A stretch of DNA of 64,000 nt from Tetramitus jugosus (lineage: Eukaryota > Protista > Heterolobosea), in contig OW569359.1 in assembly GCA_937625935.1 (NCBI GenBank), positions 372,001 through 436,000 on the forward strand. The letters are read 5' to 3'. A model generated the notes under the pieces. The model was given only the letters and a program-made list of their open reading frames with translations, was not told the origin of the DNA and made no database searches. The position numbers and the translations under genes are program-made. Below are positions 43,377 to 55,551 of the stretch, one piece after another (the first letter of the stretch is position 1; each line of letters opens with the position of its first letter).

Positions 43377-44318
43377 ATGGAACGAATGCAAAAGACCGAA
43401 AAAAACCAGGAACACGAAATGACCAATCAATCATCGATATCATCAGCCAATAACACTAGGGCCAGGAGGAAAAGAGCAATCTCGCGACCAAACAAAGAAG
43501 CTGATGAGACGCGATATTTTAAACGTTTGAAAAAAAGCGTGGAAACCGTGAGCGAACCGCCAATTATTACTCCGACTCCCGTTTACAGTGTTCAGCAATC
43601 CCTGCGTTTCACAGAACAGCAGGAACCGTCAGAGCTGCAACCAAGAGCGGACGAGCTACAAGCAGCCGATTCACTTCTTTCCTCAGCGCTGAACAAACTG
43701 GTCGCACAATACAGTCGGAAAAATGCCTCACAGCAACAAAAAAGCTCCATTGTATGTGACGCACAAAAGCTCGTGCACATACTGATTGCAACAGCAGTAG
43801 CAAGACAGGAGGTCATTGCAACAAATTATCAAAAGGGTCAACGAGTGAATCGTGTTGATCCCTATCAAGTATCAACGAGAACTCTGCAACACATTATCCA
43901 AACGTACTTGATACCATCAGACAACAAAACTCCTGATGAAGAAGGAACCAGTTCAAGAGATGAAAATAAAAGTGATGAAGAAGGAGCCAGTGCAGATAGT
44001 GATGATGATGAAGAAGAAGAAGAAGAAGAGATAGAAACAACAGACGATGATGATGATGATGATGATACCAGGAGCAGTGAGACGGAATCTTCGTCTGATT
44101 CACCTCAGATTCCCAAGGAGCTACAGAGCTTGGTGAAGAATGTAGTGAGTAATCTCACATGGAAAAAAAAGGAGCAGTTCTCGATACCACCGATTGTGGT
44201 ACAGAAGGCACTATCAAGAATGAGAAGCATTAGGAATCACAATCGCTTCAAGGGAGATGAATGCTTCTACAATCCAAGATTAGCAATCATAAACAGGCCT
44301 CTTCGACTCTCCGATTGA
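43377..44318 (+). CDS. Hypothetical protein with acidic tract
   Basis: 313-aa ORF with basic NLS-like N-terminus and D/E run. Confidence 0.65.
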   Translation: MERMQKTEKNQEHEMTNQSSISSANNTRARRKRAISRPNKEADETRYFKRLKKSVETVSEPPIITPTPVYSVQQSLRFTEQQEPSELQPRADELQAADSLLSSALNKLVAQYSRKNASQQQKSSIVCDAQKLVHILIATAVARQEVIATNYQKGQRVNRVDPYQVSTRTLQHIIQTYLIPSDNKTPDEEGTSSRDENKSDEEGASADSDDDEEEEEEEIETTDDDDDDDDTRSSETESSSDSPQIPKELQSLVKNVVSNLTWKKKEQFSIPPIVVQKALSRMRSIRNHNRFKGDECFYNPRLAIINRPLRLSD

Positions 44319-44634
44319 ACCACACTTTCGAGAGAATAGAGCTACTCTTTATTTATAAATACGTTCTCAACCATATTGTTATCCTGTGTGGACTCGTGGA
44401 CTCTCATGTCAGATGTTCTGTTCCTTCCTCTGAATAACCTCTGGTTCCTAACCATCGTTTTGTAAAAAAAAACAGCAGCGTATCGTCGGTGAATCAGCAC
44501 ATCGCCCGTTCAAGTAAACAAATCAGACGTTCCCATTGACGCCTCCAAGAGAAAAAAAAACTCTCACAACAATCAAAACAGCACAATCAATCAATCACAC
44601 ATTATTGAAACAACCAATGAGGTCACAAAAAACC

Positions 44635-46745
44635 ATGGCGTCAACCTCATTGTTGCTGACTCTTGTACTGATCGTGATCACACTCTTTTTCACCACGACA
44701 CAAGCCTATCTTCCTGGTGTTCCTTCCAAGATTTACAACCGTGGTTCTCCAGTGCTTGTCAAGACACGAAAACTCAGCAGTGTCCACAACCTTCCTTTTG
44801 ATTATTATTCACTAAAGTTTTGCAAGCCAAAAACTGTCAAGAACTCTGCTGAAAATTTGGGCGAGTTCCTCTTTGGTGATCGTATTGAAAACTCTGTTTA
44901 CAATGTATGTAGTGTTACTGTACAACAATAACAAAAAAAGCTTGTGATCATGTGATTGATGATATTGACACTCTGATTCTATTGATGTATTTTTAGTTTG
45001 AATTTTTAAAGGATGTTTCATGTCAAATGATTGAACCAAGCGACAAGGTGACCTGTCCAACTCTTGCACCAAAGGACATTGAAGAATTCACATCCAAGAT
45101 TGATGATGAATATTTGATTCAAATGATTGTTGATAATCTCCCATTGGCCAACAGACAGAATCCAGAGACGGATTGTGGTGGACTTCCACCAACACAGGAG
45201 GACATTGAAATTGAAGCAAAGTCAAGCAAGTATGCCAGACCTGATGGATTCCCTGTTGGATGTCGCTTCCGATCACCATCCTCAAAAGCTACAAAAAGCA
45301 CATCTACCTCTGTTGGTACCAATGCTTTGAGAAAAAAGGACAAGGCAAACTACCAATACTTTGTCAACAATCACATTACTTTTGTCATTTATTATCACGC
45401 AAGAGATGGTGGCAAGGAAGGAAATGTGATTGTAGGAGCAGAGGTCTACCCAACCAGTGTTCATCACACTGCAGACTCTTGTCATCCAAGCAAGGCATTC
45501 CCAAGAAATTTGCCAAGGATGGAACTCAAGTCCTCCACTAGTGCGATTCCATTCTCCTATTCCATTATTTGGAAGAAGAGCAATGTTCCATGGGCATCTC
45601 GTTGGGACGCTTATTTGAAGGCTGGCGAATTCTCTCAGAACAATAAGATTCACTGGTTCTCCATCATCAACTCATTGATGATTGTTTTGTTTTTGACCGG
45701 TATGGTTGCCATGATTATGATGAGAGTTTTGCACAAGGATATTCTGTACTACAATAGAACAGACGAGGAGGACCCTGCAGATGAAACTGGATGGAAATTG
45801 GTTCATGGTGACGTGTTTAGAACACCAAGAGCTTCCACTCTATTGAGTGTTTATGTTGGTTCTGGTGCACAAGTGTTTGGTATGGTGATTATTACATTGG
45901 TTGTTGCTCTGCTTGGATTCTTGTCTCCTGCCAATCGCGGTGGCTTGATGACCGTTGTGCTCATCATGTTTGCATTCATGGGTGTTTTTGCCGGATATTA
46001 CTCCATGAGATTGTACAAGACTTTTGAGGGAAAGAACTGGAAGTTGGTTGCGCTCGCTACTGCTGTCATGTTCCCAGGTACCATCTTTGCCATCTTTTTC
46101 GTCATGGACATGTTCATGTATCTATTTGCACATTCATCTGCTGCTATCCCATATGCTCAGATGTTTTCACTGATTGGTCTATGGTTTGGTATCTCATTGC
46201 CACTCGTGTTCTTGGGTGCCTACTTTGGATACAAGAAGCAAGCACTGGAGTTCCCTGTTCAAACACTCAGAATTCCAAGACAGATCCCATCACAGCCAAT
46301 GTACATGAAGTCTCCAATTAGCATTTTGATGGGAGGTATTTTGCCTTTTGGTGCTGTGTTTATTGAGCTGTACTTTATCATGTCTTCCATCTGGTTGCAC
46401 AAGTTTTACTTGGTCTTTGGTTTTGTGTTCATTGTGTTCAGCATTCTGTTGGTCACATGTGCCGAGATTACCATTGTTCTCATGTATTTCCAACTTTGCA
46501 ATGAAGATTACAGATGGTGGTGGAAGTCATATTTGAGCGCAGGAAGCTCTGCTCTCTACCTATTTGGTTACAGCATCTTCTACTATTACTCACAATTGGA
46601 GATTGATGGATTTTTGATGACGATGCTCTACTTTGGTTACTCAACCATCATTTCCTACTTTTTCTTTGTTCTCACAGGAAGTGTTGGCTTCTGTGCCTCA
46701 TTGTGGTTTGTGAGAAAGATTTACAGCTCTATCAAGGTTGCTTAA
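44635..46745 (+). CDS. TM9SF/EMP70 nonaspanin, intron 44905-44996
   Basis: YLPG, AENLGE, IHWFSIINS, ETGWKLVHGDVFR, GGILPFGAVFIEL; GTATGT...TAG intron joins in frame. Confidence 0.96.
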
Positions 46746-47385
46746 AGTGGCTTTTCAAAAACAATTATAAATACTAGTAAAACAAATTAAAGCAACGATC
46801 TTTTATTGTTTGCGTGACAATAACATGGCAGTTCTGTGTTGAATCAGCTGCCGATTCACCTTCAGCCAGGACAAGCGAGCGAACACCATTGTACTCAAGA
46901 GATTGACTTCTTTTCATTTTGAATAAATAGAGAAAGAGTACACCATCAGGAAGAATGTGTCAGCCACATCGCCTTCATGAGCGAGTTCTCAGCCCGAGGG
47001 CGAGCTCTCACTCATGATGACAGTCTGAAGGATTCATCGTATCATCATGGGTGTAAAAAGTGTCTTACTAGTACAGTTGTACAAAAGACTAAGATGAATA
47101 TGTTTCAAACTCAAGTTGTTGCCACTTTCCCCCTGATACTTAAGCATACTTCTTCCTATTTTCCTGCCGCATCTCATGTGGGACAAAATTACACAAGTAT
47201 TTTGAACATGGCGGCGAAAAAGAAACAACGGAAGAAATCTGATCAGACACATGTCATACTCTTTTGTAAAGTTCTGCGTTGATCGCAGTTTTTATCAACA
47301 AACAGGGCGATTTTCCAGACAAGGAACTTCTTAAGGGGTCACCCCTGCAATAGAATAGAACCGCTTGAAAAAAAAGGAGAAGCAC

Positions 47386-48958
47386 ATGGATCCATCAGAG
47401 TACATCTTCACACTCACCAGCATCTTGAATGGTACGTCCACTTCTTCCCATTGTTTTTTATTGTGTTACCTATGGAGAAGCCAAAGCTAAATTTCAGACT
47501 TTAAACATGACAGACAACGAGTGCCGCAAGTGCTTTCGAATATTTCTCAAGAGAGAGCACAATGAAGAGCCATTGGAGTTTCTAGATCGATTGCTCGATC
47601 TTGAACAGTTGGAACAGCAACAACTGCAGCTGCAGAATGAGAGTAATGACAAGATTGTTTCACTGGTTCATGAGCTCATTAGTCAATACATTGAAGCAAA
47701 TTCTCCAAAACAAATTAATTTATCGTCAAAGGACAGAACTGATTTACAACAGTTGGCCTCTCAGTGGACAACACTGTTAACGCAGCAGCAGCGGCAGCAC
47801 AATAAACAAGAATCATCATCGATTCCTCCAAGAGATCTGTCGCAAGAGGAGAGAGAACAAGTCCTAATCCAACAAGCTCCGAAGGATGATGTTGAAAAAC
47901 AAAGGCACGTGCTTGGCTCTCAATTGTTTAAGAATGTGAGGATCGTTGTGGAGACGGAGATGATGTGTGATGTGCTGCCCAGATTCCTTCGTTCCAATCT
48001 ATGGAACAGTTTGCTTCAAAAAAGTGCTCAACACGTCATGGGAAGTGTTGGGCGTCATCGAAAAGCAATGGAAATGTCCTATTGTGATGCTGACTTTATG
48101 GGTCATGTCGTGGAGGATCGCGATCTCTTCTTTCTGTGGAAGCTTTCGGAAGATAATTGCGATTGGAAGCTGGTAGGTTGGAACAAACGACGAAGAATTC
48201 TAGCCTTTTCATCTCACAGGATTAGGCAATACTTTCCTGACGTGTCATGGATGAGAGATGGCTCAGTCTCTAAATTTATGGGCATTTTGCCCTTCTCCTT
48301 TGAAATGTGTGAGCATTACATGTTTCATTCAAAGTACATGCAGATGTTTGATGAGAATGTAGTGAATCAGAGAACAGTTGCCTATTATTCGAATGAAGAA
48401 TTGAGAGAAAAGTACCCTGATAAGCGAGTATCAGAGGGAAGGAGCTCTGCTATCGTAATTTATGATGTTAAGTTTCCATTTCCATTGTCACCAAGAGTGT
48501 ATTGCGTAGCTGTGAGTGGTTACTTTGACAAGGAAGCAGGCGAAGGAGTGCTAATTTACAAGCCATGCCATCATCCAGAGTTGGACAAAGTGAACAAGAA
48601 GAAGGTATGCTTCTTCAAGGACTATCAATTGTACCTTGTGAAAAAGCTTGACGAGAAGAGAACAATGTACTTCCAGATTCATGTGTGCGACGTCGGCAGT
48701 AAATTAGGAAACAAGCTTATTAAGTTGGTTGTTTCTCAAAGAAGCAAGCAGTTGAGCGATAGCATTTACAAGTTCTTAAAGGCAAGAGAACATCTGCCAA
48801 TACCAGAGCACGATCTGACTGATGGAGTAATGAGATCATATTTGGACCACAAGAATTATGTGTTGTCGTCCAAGAGAGTACAAACAGATGCCTCATCTGA
48901 ATCGTCAAGTGACGGAGAGGCAGGTGTTTCATTTGGTCCTGTGTTTGGTAGGGCTTAG
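47386..48958 (+). CDS. RGS domain plus START-like domain protein, intron 47432-47513
   Basis: Spliced LTSILN|DNECRKCFRIFLKREHNEEPLEFL, SPKQINLS, VLPRFLRS; C-terminal KFPFPLSPR START-like block. Confidence 0.8.
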
Positions 48959-49013
48959 GTTATTTGCATTTCAGATAGTTAATAATAAATAATGTCTTTA
49001 GTGATGCAAATCA

Positions 49014-50699
49014 TTACCAACCAGAGTGAACTGATTTTGGTTCATCGTAATATTCAACTGTTGTCATCATACCCGCAGCCAGATGGAATTCCATATGACA
49101 ATGCAATGGCCATACACCTGGATTGTCAGCATCGAATATAATGGAGACAGAGTGACATCCTCCCTGCACAATTACAGTGTCTCTCACAGCACCATTGACC
49201 AGTTTTTTGCCATCAATAGATAGGACCTGCAATCGATGACCATGCAAGTGCATTGGATGACCGTCCTGATTGTTGTTCAAAAAGTTGATTTGCACTCTCT
49301 GACCCAGCTTGACTCGCAGTGGGTTCGGATTTCTTGCGTAGGGTGCTTCAGGAACCATCTGATAGCTCTTTCCATTGATGCTATCGAAGCCATTGTCTCC
49401 TGTGAGCTTGATATCAAACACCTTGTCAACAGGCCTGACGGGTAGTGGATCCCAAGCACGCATCTTTAATTCGTCTCTATTGTCCATAAAACCGACAATT
49501 TTAGTGGCGATCACTGGTGGATTGGTTACATTGGTTGGATAAGTGTTCTGTGGATAGAGAATGATTCCACTCTGCAAACTATACTCTAATCCCTCACTAA
49601 TGGCCAAAATAGGGAACACTGTATCAGCATCCATCTCGTTCCTCTCTGGTATATGAATCAACAAGTCAACTCTCTGTGCATTGGTCAACCAGAATGAGTC
49701 CAACTGCAAAGGGTGAACCAATTGACCATCGACTGCAACGATAAACGATCTTTGGATGAGTAGTGGGGGTACTATTATGCGATAACTTGTCATTCCACTC
49801 GCATTAATGATACGAACACGTGTGTACTTTCCATGAGTAACTTTCACCTTAATAGGATCCTCCAAAGACCTACCATTTGCAATTAACTGATCATAGAACA
49901 CGTCATGTGTCGTCGCTTCCGTTACATCGGGACACTCTGGGAACGGCTTTGTGGCATTTTCAAAGCCCTGCTTCAGAAACTCGTATACAGCTTCTTGATC
50001 ACAAGAACGAGGAGCTCGATTACCATAAAGCTTCTTGTAAATTGTTGGATTATGTCCACGAGGATACCACTTGTTTTTGGCACCAACTTGAGAAGCATCC
50101 AAAGTGTATGGACAAACGTCCTGCAGAAACATGACGCTCTCTTGAGCGTTCAACAGCTCATGATACAACGGGTAAGCAGGATTTACCTTGCCTTGAACAA
50201 TCAACGGTGCAGCCATTCCCTCACCTAGCTGCAGTGCGTAATGAGAGTGCAAAAAGTTAGTTCCTACATTGTGCTCCAACAAGGCATACTCTATGAGTTG
50301 TTGCCTACCAGCTTCCAGTGGCAAAGAGCTAATGTAAGGAGCTCCATCGAGCACACTAGGAGGTGTCAATCCATGGGCATGAACAATAACAGGCTCTTCA
50401 TTGGGCAAGTCATTCTGGTAAATGACACTAAAGGGTTCCTTGTTGACATCCGAGATGAACACACAACCGACATTGTCAATTGTTTTCCAATGAGGTCCTT
50501 CACCAACAATGGACTTGAATGTGTAAAGTCGTTTTCCGTTGGTTACGACGGGCAATTGTTGTTCAACGATTCGCAACAGGGTTGGTTGAATCGATGATGA
50601 CGATGGAGCAGAACAAGACACGAGCTCAAGTGACCCACACAGAACAACAACAAGGATAAGGAGCAGCAAATAGCATGAAACGAGTGGAAATGTCCTCAT
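49014..50699 (-). CDS. Secreted multicopper oxidase
   Basis: HAHG, HSH, HPMHLHGH and HCHMEFHLAAGM copper motifs; signal peptide. Confidence 0.95.
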   Translation of the reverse strand: MRTFPLVSCYLLLLILVVVLCGSLELVSCSAPSSSSIQPTLLRIVEQQLPVVTNGKRLYTFKSIVGEGPHWKTIDNVGCVFISDVNKEPFSVIYQNDLPNEEPVIVHAHGLTPPSVLDGAPYISSLPLEAGRQQLIEYALLEHNVGTNFLHSHYALQLGEGMAAPLIVQGKVNPAYPLYHELLNAQESVMFLQDVCPYTLDASQVGAKNKWYPRGHNPTIYKKLYGNRAPRSCDQEAVYEFLKQGFENATKPFPECPDVTEATTHDVFYDQLIANGRSLEDPIKVKVTHGKYTRVRIINASGMTSYRIIVPPLLIQRSFIVAVDGQLVHPLQLDSFWLTNAQRVDLLIHIPERNEMDADTVFPILAISEGLEYSLQSGIILYPQNTYPTNVTNPPVIATKIVGFMDNRDELKMRAWDPLPVRPVDKVFDIKLTGDNGFDSINGKSYQMVPEAPYARNPNPLRVKLGQRVQINFLNNNQDGHPMHLHGHRLQVLSIDGKKLVNGAVRDTVIVQGGCHSVSIIFDADNPGVWPLHCHMEFHLAAGMMTTVEYYDEPKSVHSGW

Positions 50700-50997
50700 G
50701 CTTTTTTCTGAAATGAGATTTACCCAAATCAAAGTCCCGAAATTGGAAATCGGGGAATTGAGTGCTTACACATAAAAGGCCTTCCAATTTACCATTAACT
50801 TGTTGTTAACAACAGTGACTGTCAGTGGAGGAATCATCTTCGGTGAATCCATTATCAGTACACTGTGTGGCTTAAGAATTTTATTCTGGTATTTTTGGGA
50901 TGAAGGGTGAGAAATAGCTTTTTCTAGTTGGGTTAATAACAGACTAGGTCGGTCACACAAGGATCCATACAGAGGAAATAAAATACAATCATTAACT

Positions 50998-51897
50998 ATG
51001 GTTTACTACCAATTCTCAAAGGAAATTCTTGCATTGGAGATTGAAGTTGCTCAAGGTGTCGCCGTGATTGACAAGAGTCACCATAAACATTTTAGAGCTT
51101 CTCATGAGGTGAATGAAAATGATCGATTCGCATTGGTTTGTGACCATGAGAAAAATTGTTTATTGTTGATTGATGTTGATAGTGGAAAAGTGATTGAAAA
51201 GTTGTTTGAAGGTCATTTCGAGCTACCCACCAATGTTGTTGTATTTGAGGGTCGCCAGAATGACTCACTTATGGTTGTTGTGACGGATCGAAGAGCAAAG
51301 AACATTCAACTGTTCAATCTGAATCAGAGAAAATTCATTCGAAAATTTGAAATTGATGAAAATTCAGAGCAATTCGTACCTCATGCGATTGCTTTTGACG
51401 CACAATCCAACAACATTGTGGTGACTGACCGTGGTGAGCATCAAGTGTACATTTATGATGCTGAGAGCGGCAAGATTAAGAATAGTTTTGGTTCACTGGG
51501 ACTTACTGAAGGAAAACTATGTGGTCCACGAGGTATTGCCGTTGATAACAAGGGTCATATTGTCGTGTGTGACACGCAGAATCATCGATTGCAGGTCTTT
51601 AATGCCGATGGAGAATATTTGAGAAGTGTAGGATATGAGGGACAGAAACCAGGGCAACTCGTTCTCCCAACTTCCATAGCCATTGATCACAAGGGTAATT
51701 ACGTGGTGTTGGATGCAGGAAACAAGCGTATTCAGGTGTTTGATTCCAAGAGTGGATCTTGTTGCTTTGTTTGGAGCAATGATCTCCTTGTCTTACCATC
51801 TGGAATTTCTGCTGACCACTCGAGCAATCGTATCGTGGTTTCCGATCTTCATTCTCTCCTTATTTTTGAACAACCTCTCTCCCAGAGTTATGCGTAA
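50998..51897 (+). CDS. NHL-repeat beta-propeller protein
   Basis: PRGIAVD..VVCDTQNHRLQVF-type repeats. Confidence 0.92.
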   Translation: MVYYQFSKEILALEIEVAQGVAVIDKSHHKHFRASHEVNENDRFALVCDHEKNCLLLIDVDSGKVIEKLFEGHFELPTNVVVFEGRQNDSLMVVVTDRRAKNIQLFNLNQRKFIRKFEIDENSEQFVPHAIAFDAQSNNIVVTDRGEHQVYIYDAESGKIKNSFGSLGLTEGKLCGPRGIAVDNKGHIVVCDTQNHRLQVFNADGEYLRSVGYEGQKPGQLVLPTSIAIDHKGNYVVLDAGNKRIQVFDSKSGSCCFVWSNDLLVLPSGISADHSSNRIVVSDLHSLLIFEQPLSQSYA

Positions 51898-52398
51898 AGG
51901 AAGTCAGATCAACGAGCTCCCGAGTTTTACCCATCAGTCAAACGAACAAATAAAAGAATGGATATTGAACGAAGGATATCAGAGTCAACGTGTTGAGGAT
52001 GACGAAACCACTACATCACTCAAAGTACTTCGTCACAATTCGAGAGGAAGTGATCTTTGTTATCGTTGAGGCGCTATCGGTGTTCTTAGTGACAAGTAGT
52101 GTGCTCTTCGTTGTGTGGCGTGCAATGTCATACAAAGAAGCAAGAGTTTACGAGTGAAGATTACTCAGCCAATTCAGATTGTGCCGGTGATGTTGATTCT
52201 CGCTGGTACTACAATGTAGTGTCCTCACACTTCATTGATTTGCCAAGGTGGTGTTTGCTTTCGTGGCTCTCCTACCAACAAAAGACCCTCAAAACAGATC
52301 ACAAGCAGCAAATACACACAACTCCTCTGTTCAAGACACAGATTCACCATTAAATTTCATTTTATGTGGGACAATGTTAACGTTAGTTGAGAATTACA

Positions 52399-53610
52399 TT
52401 ATTCATGATACTTAGTTGCTTTCTCCAAGGCCAATTTTGCATTCTCAGCATCCGCCAATGAGAGCAGCACCTTTTGCTGCAAATGTCCACTCATCCATTG
52501 CTTGTATGACATGGTCAACTCAGCATACGTTCCAAACGAAACTCTAGGATAAAAGCTCATGAATGCAAACCAGAAAATCACGAGAGCAGGATATGCGCTA
52601 TAGAATGGTCTCAACACATAATCCTTTGCAGTACGGTTCTTGAATCCCATCATATTAAAGAAGAATACAACCGCCATCAACACAAAGAACGCAATTGTTT
52701 GCCACAATGGTTGCATTCTGTTCTTGACAAACTTTTTCTGACGAATGTAAAGGATTACAATCCACATCAAATGAACACCGTACAACACCAAAAAGTTGAT
52801 CAAGAGCAAAGACGCAAATGCATATCCTGCTTTTGCTGGGAATGACATGAGATACTGGAGCAGTGCAGTGACCAATAACCAAGCGTACATTACAAAAATA
52901 CCCACTCGATTCCACACATTTCTGATGGGATAAGCCTCTGTAGCAAAGAAGAAGGGACGACTCACATTCTGAATCGTCACACTCGATCCAATCAAATCCT
53001 TGACGAGCACCTCTGTCTGTGAGCTCTTCTCTTCCAACTTGTTTAGCTTTTGATAGTGCTGCACCAAGATTTTCTTGTTACTGACACTCAATCGATAAGT
53101 GTGAACTGGCGGACTCAAAATTCTAAGAATAAATTGAGGCGTTACAATACACAGCAACAGATAACAAAAAACGTGAATGACTTTCATGAGCGCTTGAATC
53201 ACTGGTTGATTCAACAACCATGTCCAAGAGCTACACGTTGTTTCATCAGACGTGTTCAACACATCCCAGTCATGAAACGTAGCAGAGTACTGTTTGGTCC
53301 AGGAGGATGAAGCTTGAGAAGCTTCTTCCAACAGTCGACTGTTGCTACTGAGATCTTCCAACGGTTGTAGCACTGAATTGTACTTTTTTTCATTTTTTCC
53401 AAAAAATTCTTCTCCTTGTTGTTGTTGTTGTTGTTGATAGAGTGGTTGATGTTGAGGTAGGTGTTCAATAGTAGCAGTAGTGTTACCAGTGACAGGTGAA
53501 GTAGTGTCGTCATTATCGGAGAGTAAACGATGTTGGTCATCGTGATCACGGTACACTTGTTGTGCACTTACCTGGTAGGATGCCTGTAGATCTTGTGGGT
53601 AAGGATCCAT
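52399..53610 (-). CDS. Multi-pass membrane protein, unknown function
   Basis: 403-aa ORF with about five hydrophobic segments. Confidence 0.7.
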   Translation of the reverse strand: MDPYPQDLQASYQVSAQQVYRDHDDQHRLLSDNDDTTSPVTGNTTATIEHLPQHQPLYQQQQQQQGEEFFGKNEKKYNSVLQPLEDLSSNSRLLEEASQASSSWTKQYSATFHDWDVLNTSDETTCSSWTWLLNQPVIQALMKVIHVFCYLLLCIVTPQFILRILSPPVHTYRLSVSNKKILVQHYQKLNKLEEKSSQTEVLVKDLIGSSVTIQNVSRPFFFATEAYPIRNVWNRVGIFVMYAWLLVTALLQYLMSFPAKAGYAFASLLLINFLVLYGVHLMWIVILYIRQKKFVKNRMQPLWQTIAFFVLMAVVFFFNMMGFKNRTAKDYVLRPFYSAYPALVIFWFAFMSFYPRVSFGTYAELTMSYKQWMSGHLQQKVLLSLADAENAKLALEKATKYHE

Positions 53611-53757
53611 ATGTGTGCTATTGTTGTGTGATCTTGGCGATATGGGGTTTTTGATGTGGTGTTGTTGTTTTATGCCAATTTCTTTTTTTGACCTTCCAAG
53701 TGGGAGAAGTTTTATTGCACATCTTTTTGAAGAGAGGCATAAATAAATGGTGGCACA

Positions 53758-54306
53758 TTACAGGATGGATTTCAAGAAATCTTGCCATTGTTGCAAAGTC
53801 CAACTGCTGCTTGCTTCGCTTTCCATTAATCCGTTGATGGCTACGGAAGGAGTCACGTGAACCGAGTTTTGACGAGCATATTTTTGCTGATTCTTCATCC
53901 AGCGATCGACTCTCTGGAAATCTTCATCCTTGAATGGATGTCCAGTGAATTGACCTACTTGATCTTTCAGTTGTTTCGTGGTCAACTCACTCACTGCCTC
54001 ATCAGAATAAGTTGTCTGATTGGTCATGATGGCTCTCATGCTCTTGAATGCAGCTTCGTCTCCACTGTCAAAGTAAGCCTGAGCAACATTGCATGTCAAG
54101 TGAGTGCTCTGTGGATGCCATGGTTGAACCAAATGGATCACTCTCAACTGAATGCCAGTCTCCTTTTCCACCAATTCTTCCAAAGTGAGAAAAGCTTTGG
54201 TGCTGAAGGGACAGAGAACGTCAATAAATGCTTCAACAATAACCTTTGGATCTTTGGTGTTCCCTTTGATGTAACCAATATATCTGGGCGCGAGTCTTGT
54301 GGTCAT
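53758..54306 (-). CDS. Thioredoxin-fold (DsbA-like) protein
   Basis: EAFIDVLCPFS, VQPWHPQS, VHVTPSVAING. Confidence 0.85.
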   Translation of the reverse strand: MTTRLAPRYIGYIKGNTKDPKVIVEAFIDVLCPFSTKAFLTLEELVEKETGIQLRVIHLVQPWHPQSTHLTCNVAQAYFDSGDEAAFKSMRAIMTNQTTYSDEAVSELTTKQLKDQVGQFTGHPFKDEDFQRVDRWMKNQQKYARQNSVHVTPSVAINGLMESEASSSWTLQQWQDFLKSIL

Positions 54307-54349
54307 TTTGGAAAGTGCTTGGAATTTTGGAGATCAAAGTTTTCACCTC

Positions 54350-54840
54350 AGATGTTTTAGCTTTCTTACCGGCTTCTGCTGTTTTGATCCCAATCGCTAC
54401 CAGTCCGTTGGTGACATCTTCGATGGCATTTGTTTCTATGCCCATCATACCTTTCAGAAACTCTCTGCTCGTCCATCGCAAAGGACGCTTTTCCATCTTG
54501 CCGTCCTTCAGTCTCACATATGTGACACGCCCATTCTGATCAGCTCCTTACTGACTGTCAAGGCTAGACATCTTCTTGCATACACAGCCCTTGGACATCG
54601 AATGAGACAGTGCAACACACTTTCGGGCTCTTTGTTGCACCAGACACACTTTGTGGGCTCGGCACAAGTGTTGTACAGACATCGAACAACATCCTCCGTA
54701 TGTAGAGTCCCACTTCTGACCTGAAGTTGGAACCATTCCAGCCTTCTGTCAACAGAGTGTGGGTACTTGAGAAAGCAGAAGTATGCTCCACTGTAGTTGG
54801 CATCCTTTTGAATCCACCAACACTCGCTCTTCCAATGGTA
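54350..54840 (-). mobile_element. Older degenerate non-LTR retrotransposon 3'-region fragment (zf-RVT-like)
   Basis: Manual translation from 54840: FLKYP..LEWFQLQVRSGTLHT..CVWC..PESVLHCLIRC, then after a frameshift DGK..EFLKGMMG; collinear with the ORF at 54949-55437. Left boundary approximate. Confidence 0.85.
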
Positions 54841-54855
54841 TTTTTAGATCGCATG

Positions 54856-55507
54856 TTTTTTTTTTTTTTTTTTCATACAACATTTGTTGCCACTTTATTC
54901 TATGCACTACAGTGAGACGTGTTGTCGCTCAGAACCGCAGGTTCTGAGCTATTGTTCACCTCTCTTCGCTACTGAGTCTCTCCAGACTTTATGTAACCGT
55001 TTGATGCAAGACCTCTTCATTGCATTCACCAGCCTTTTAACCTTTGTTTCCCTCTTCTTGCGACCATACACAACCAGCTCCTTCATCAATACATCCTTCT
55101 GATCATCCTCTTTTCCCATTAACCCTGCTAGGATTTCTTCAGTGGTTCGACTTGGGCTTAGTGGTACCAATTTCCCGTCATCGTAAACCACATCATCGAA
55201 CCACATCTTTAGCTTGACTGGTCTCATAAACTCCAGCTTGTCCAATTTGGCTTTAAATTCCTCCACCAGTTCTTTCCTTACCCTTTTGGCTTCATGACAT
55301 TCCACCAGTAAGTGGCTGATCGTCTCCGGTGCACTCGCGCAGTGAGCACACACGACCTCCATCGACGGCTCATACAAGTCACGCAGAACAGTCTTTGTGT
55401 GGAGCGTACCACTTCTAACTTGATGGTAAAACCACAATTCACTTCTTTCCAGGCCGAACGGACACTTTAGAAATTCATTCCACTCTCAAAGAAATTCATT
55501 CCACTCT
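54856..55507 (-). mobile_element. 5'-truncated non-LTR retrotransposon with poly(A) tail and 15-bp TSD
   Basis: CAHC..ETISHLLVEC zinc knuckle; poly(T) on + strand at 54856-54873; TTTTTAGATCGCATG at 54841-54855 and 55508-55522. Confidence 0.93.
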
Positions 55508-55551
55508 TTTTTAGATCGCATGATCATCTTTCAAGCTTATTGAATGTAGGA

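Noticed and set aside
54564-54854. 96-aa ORF MRSKNTIG...
   Set aside because: Its ATG is inside the TSD and it is an off-frame shadow of the older LINE fragment.
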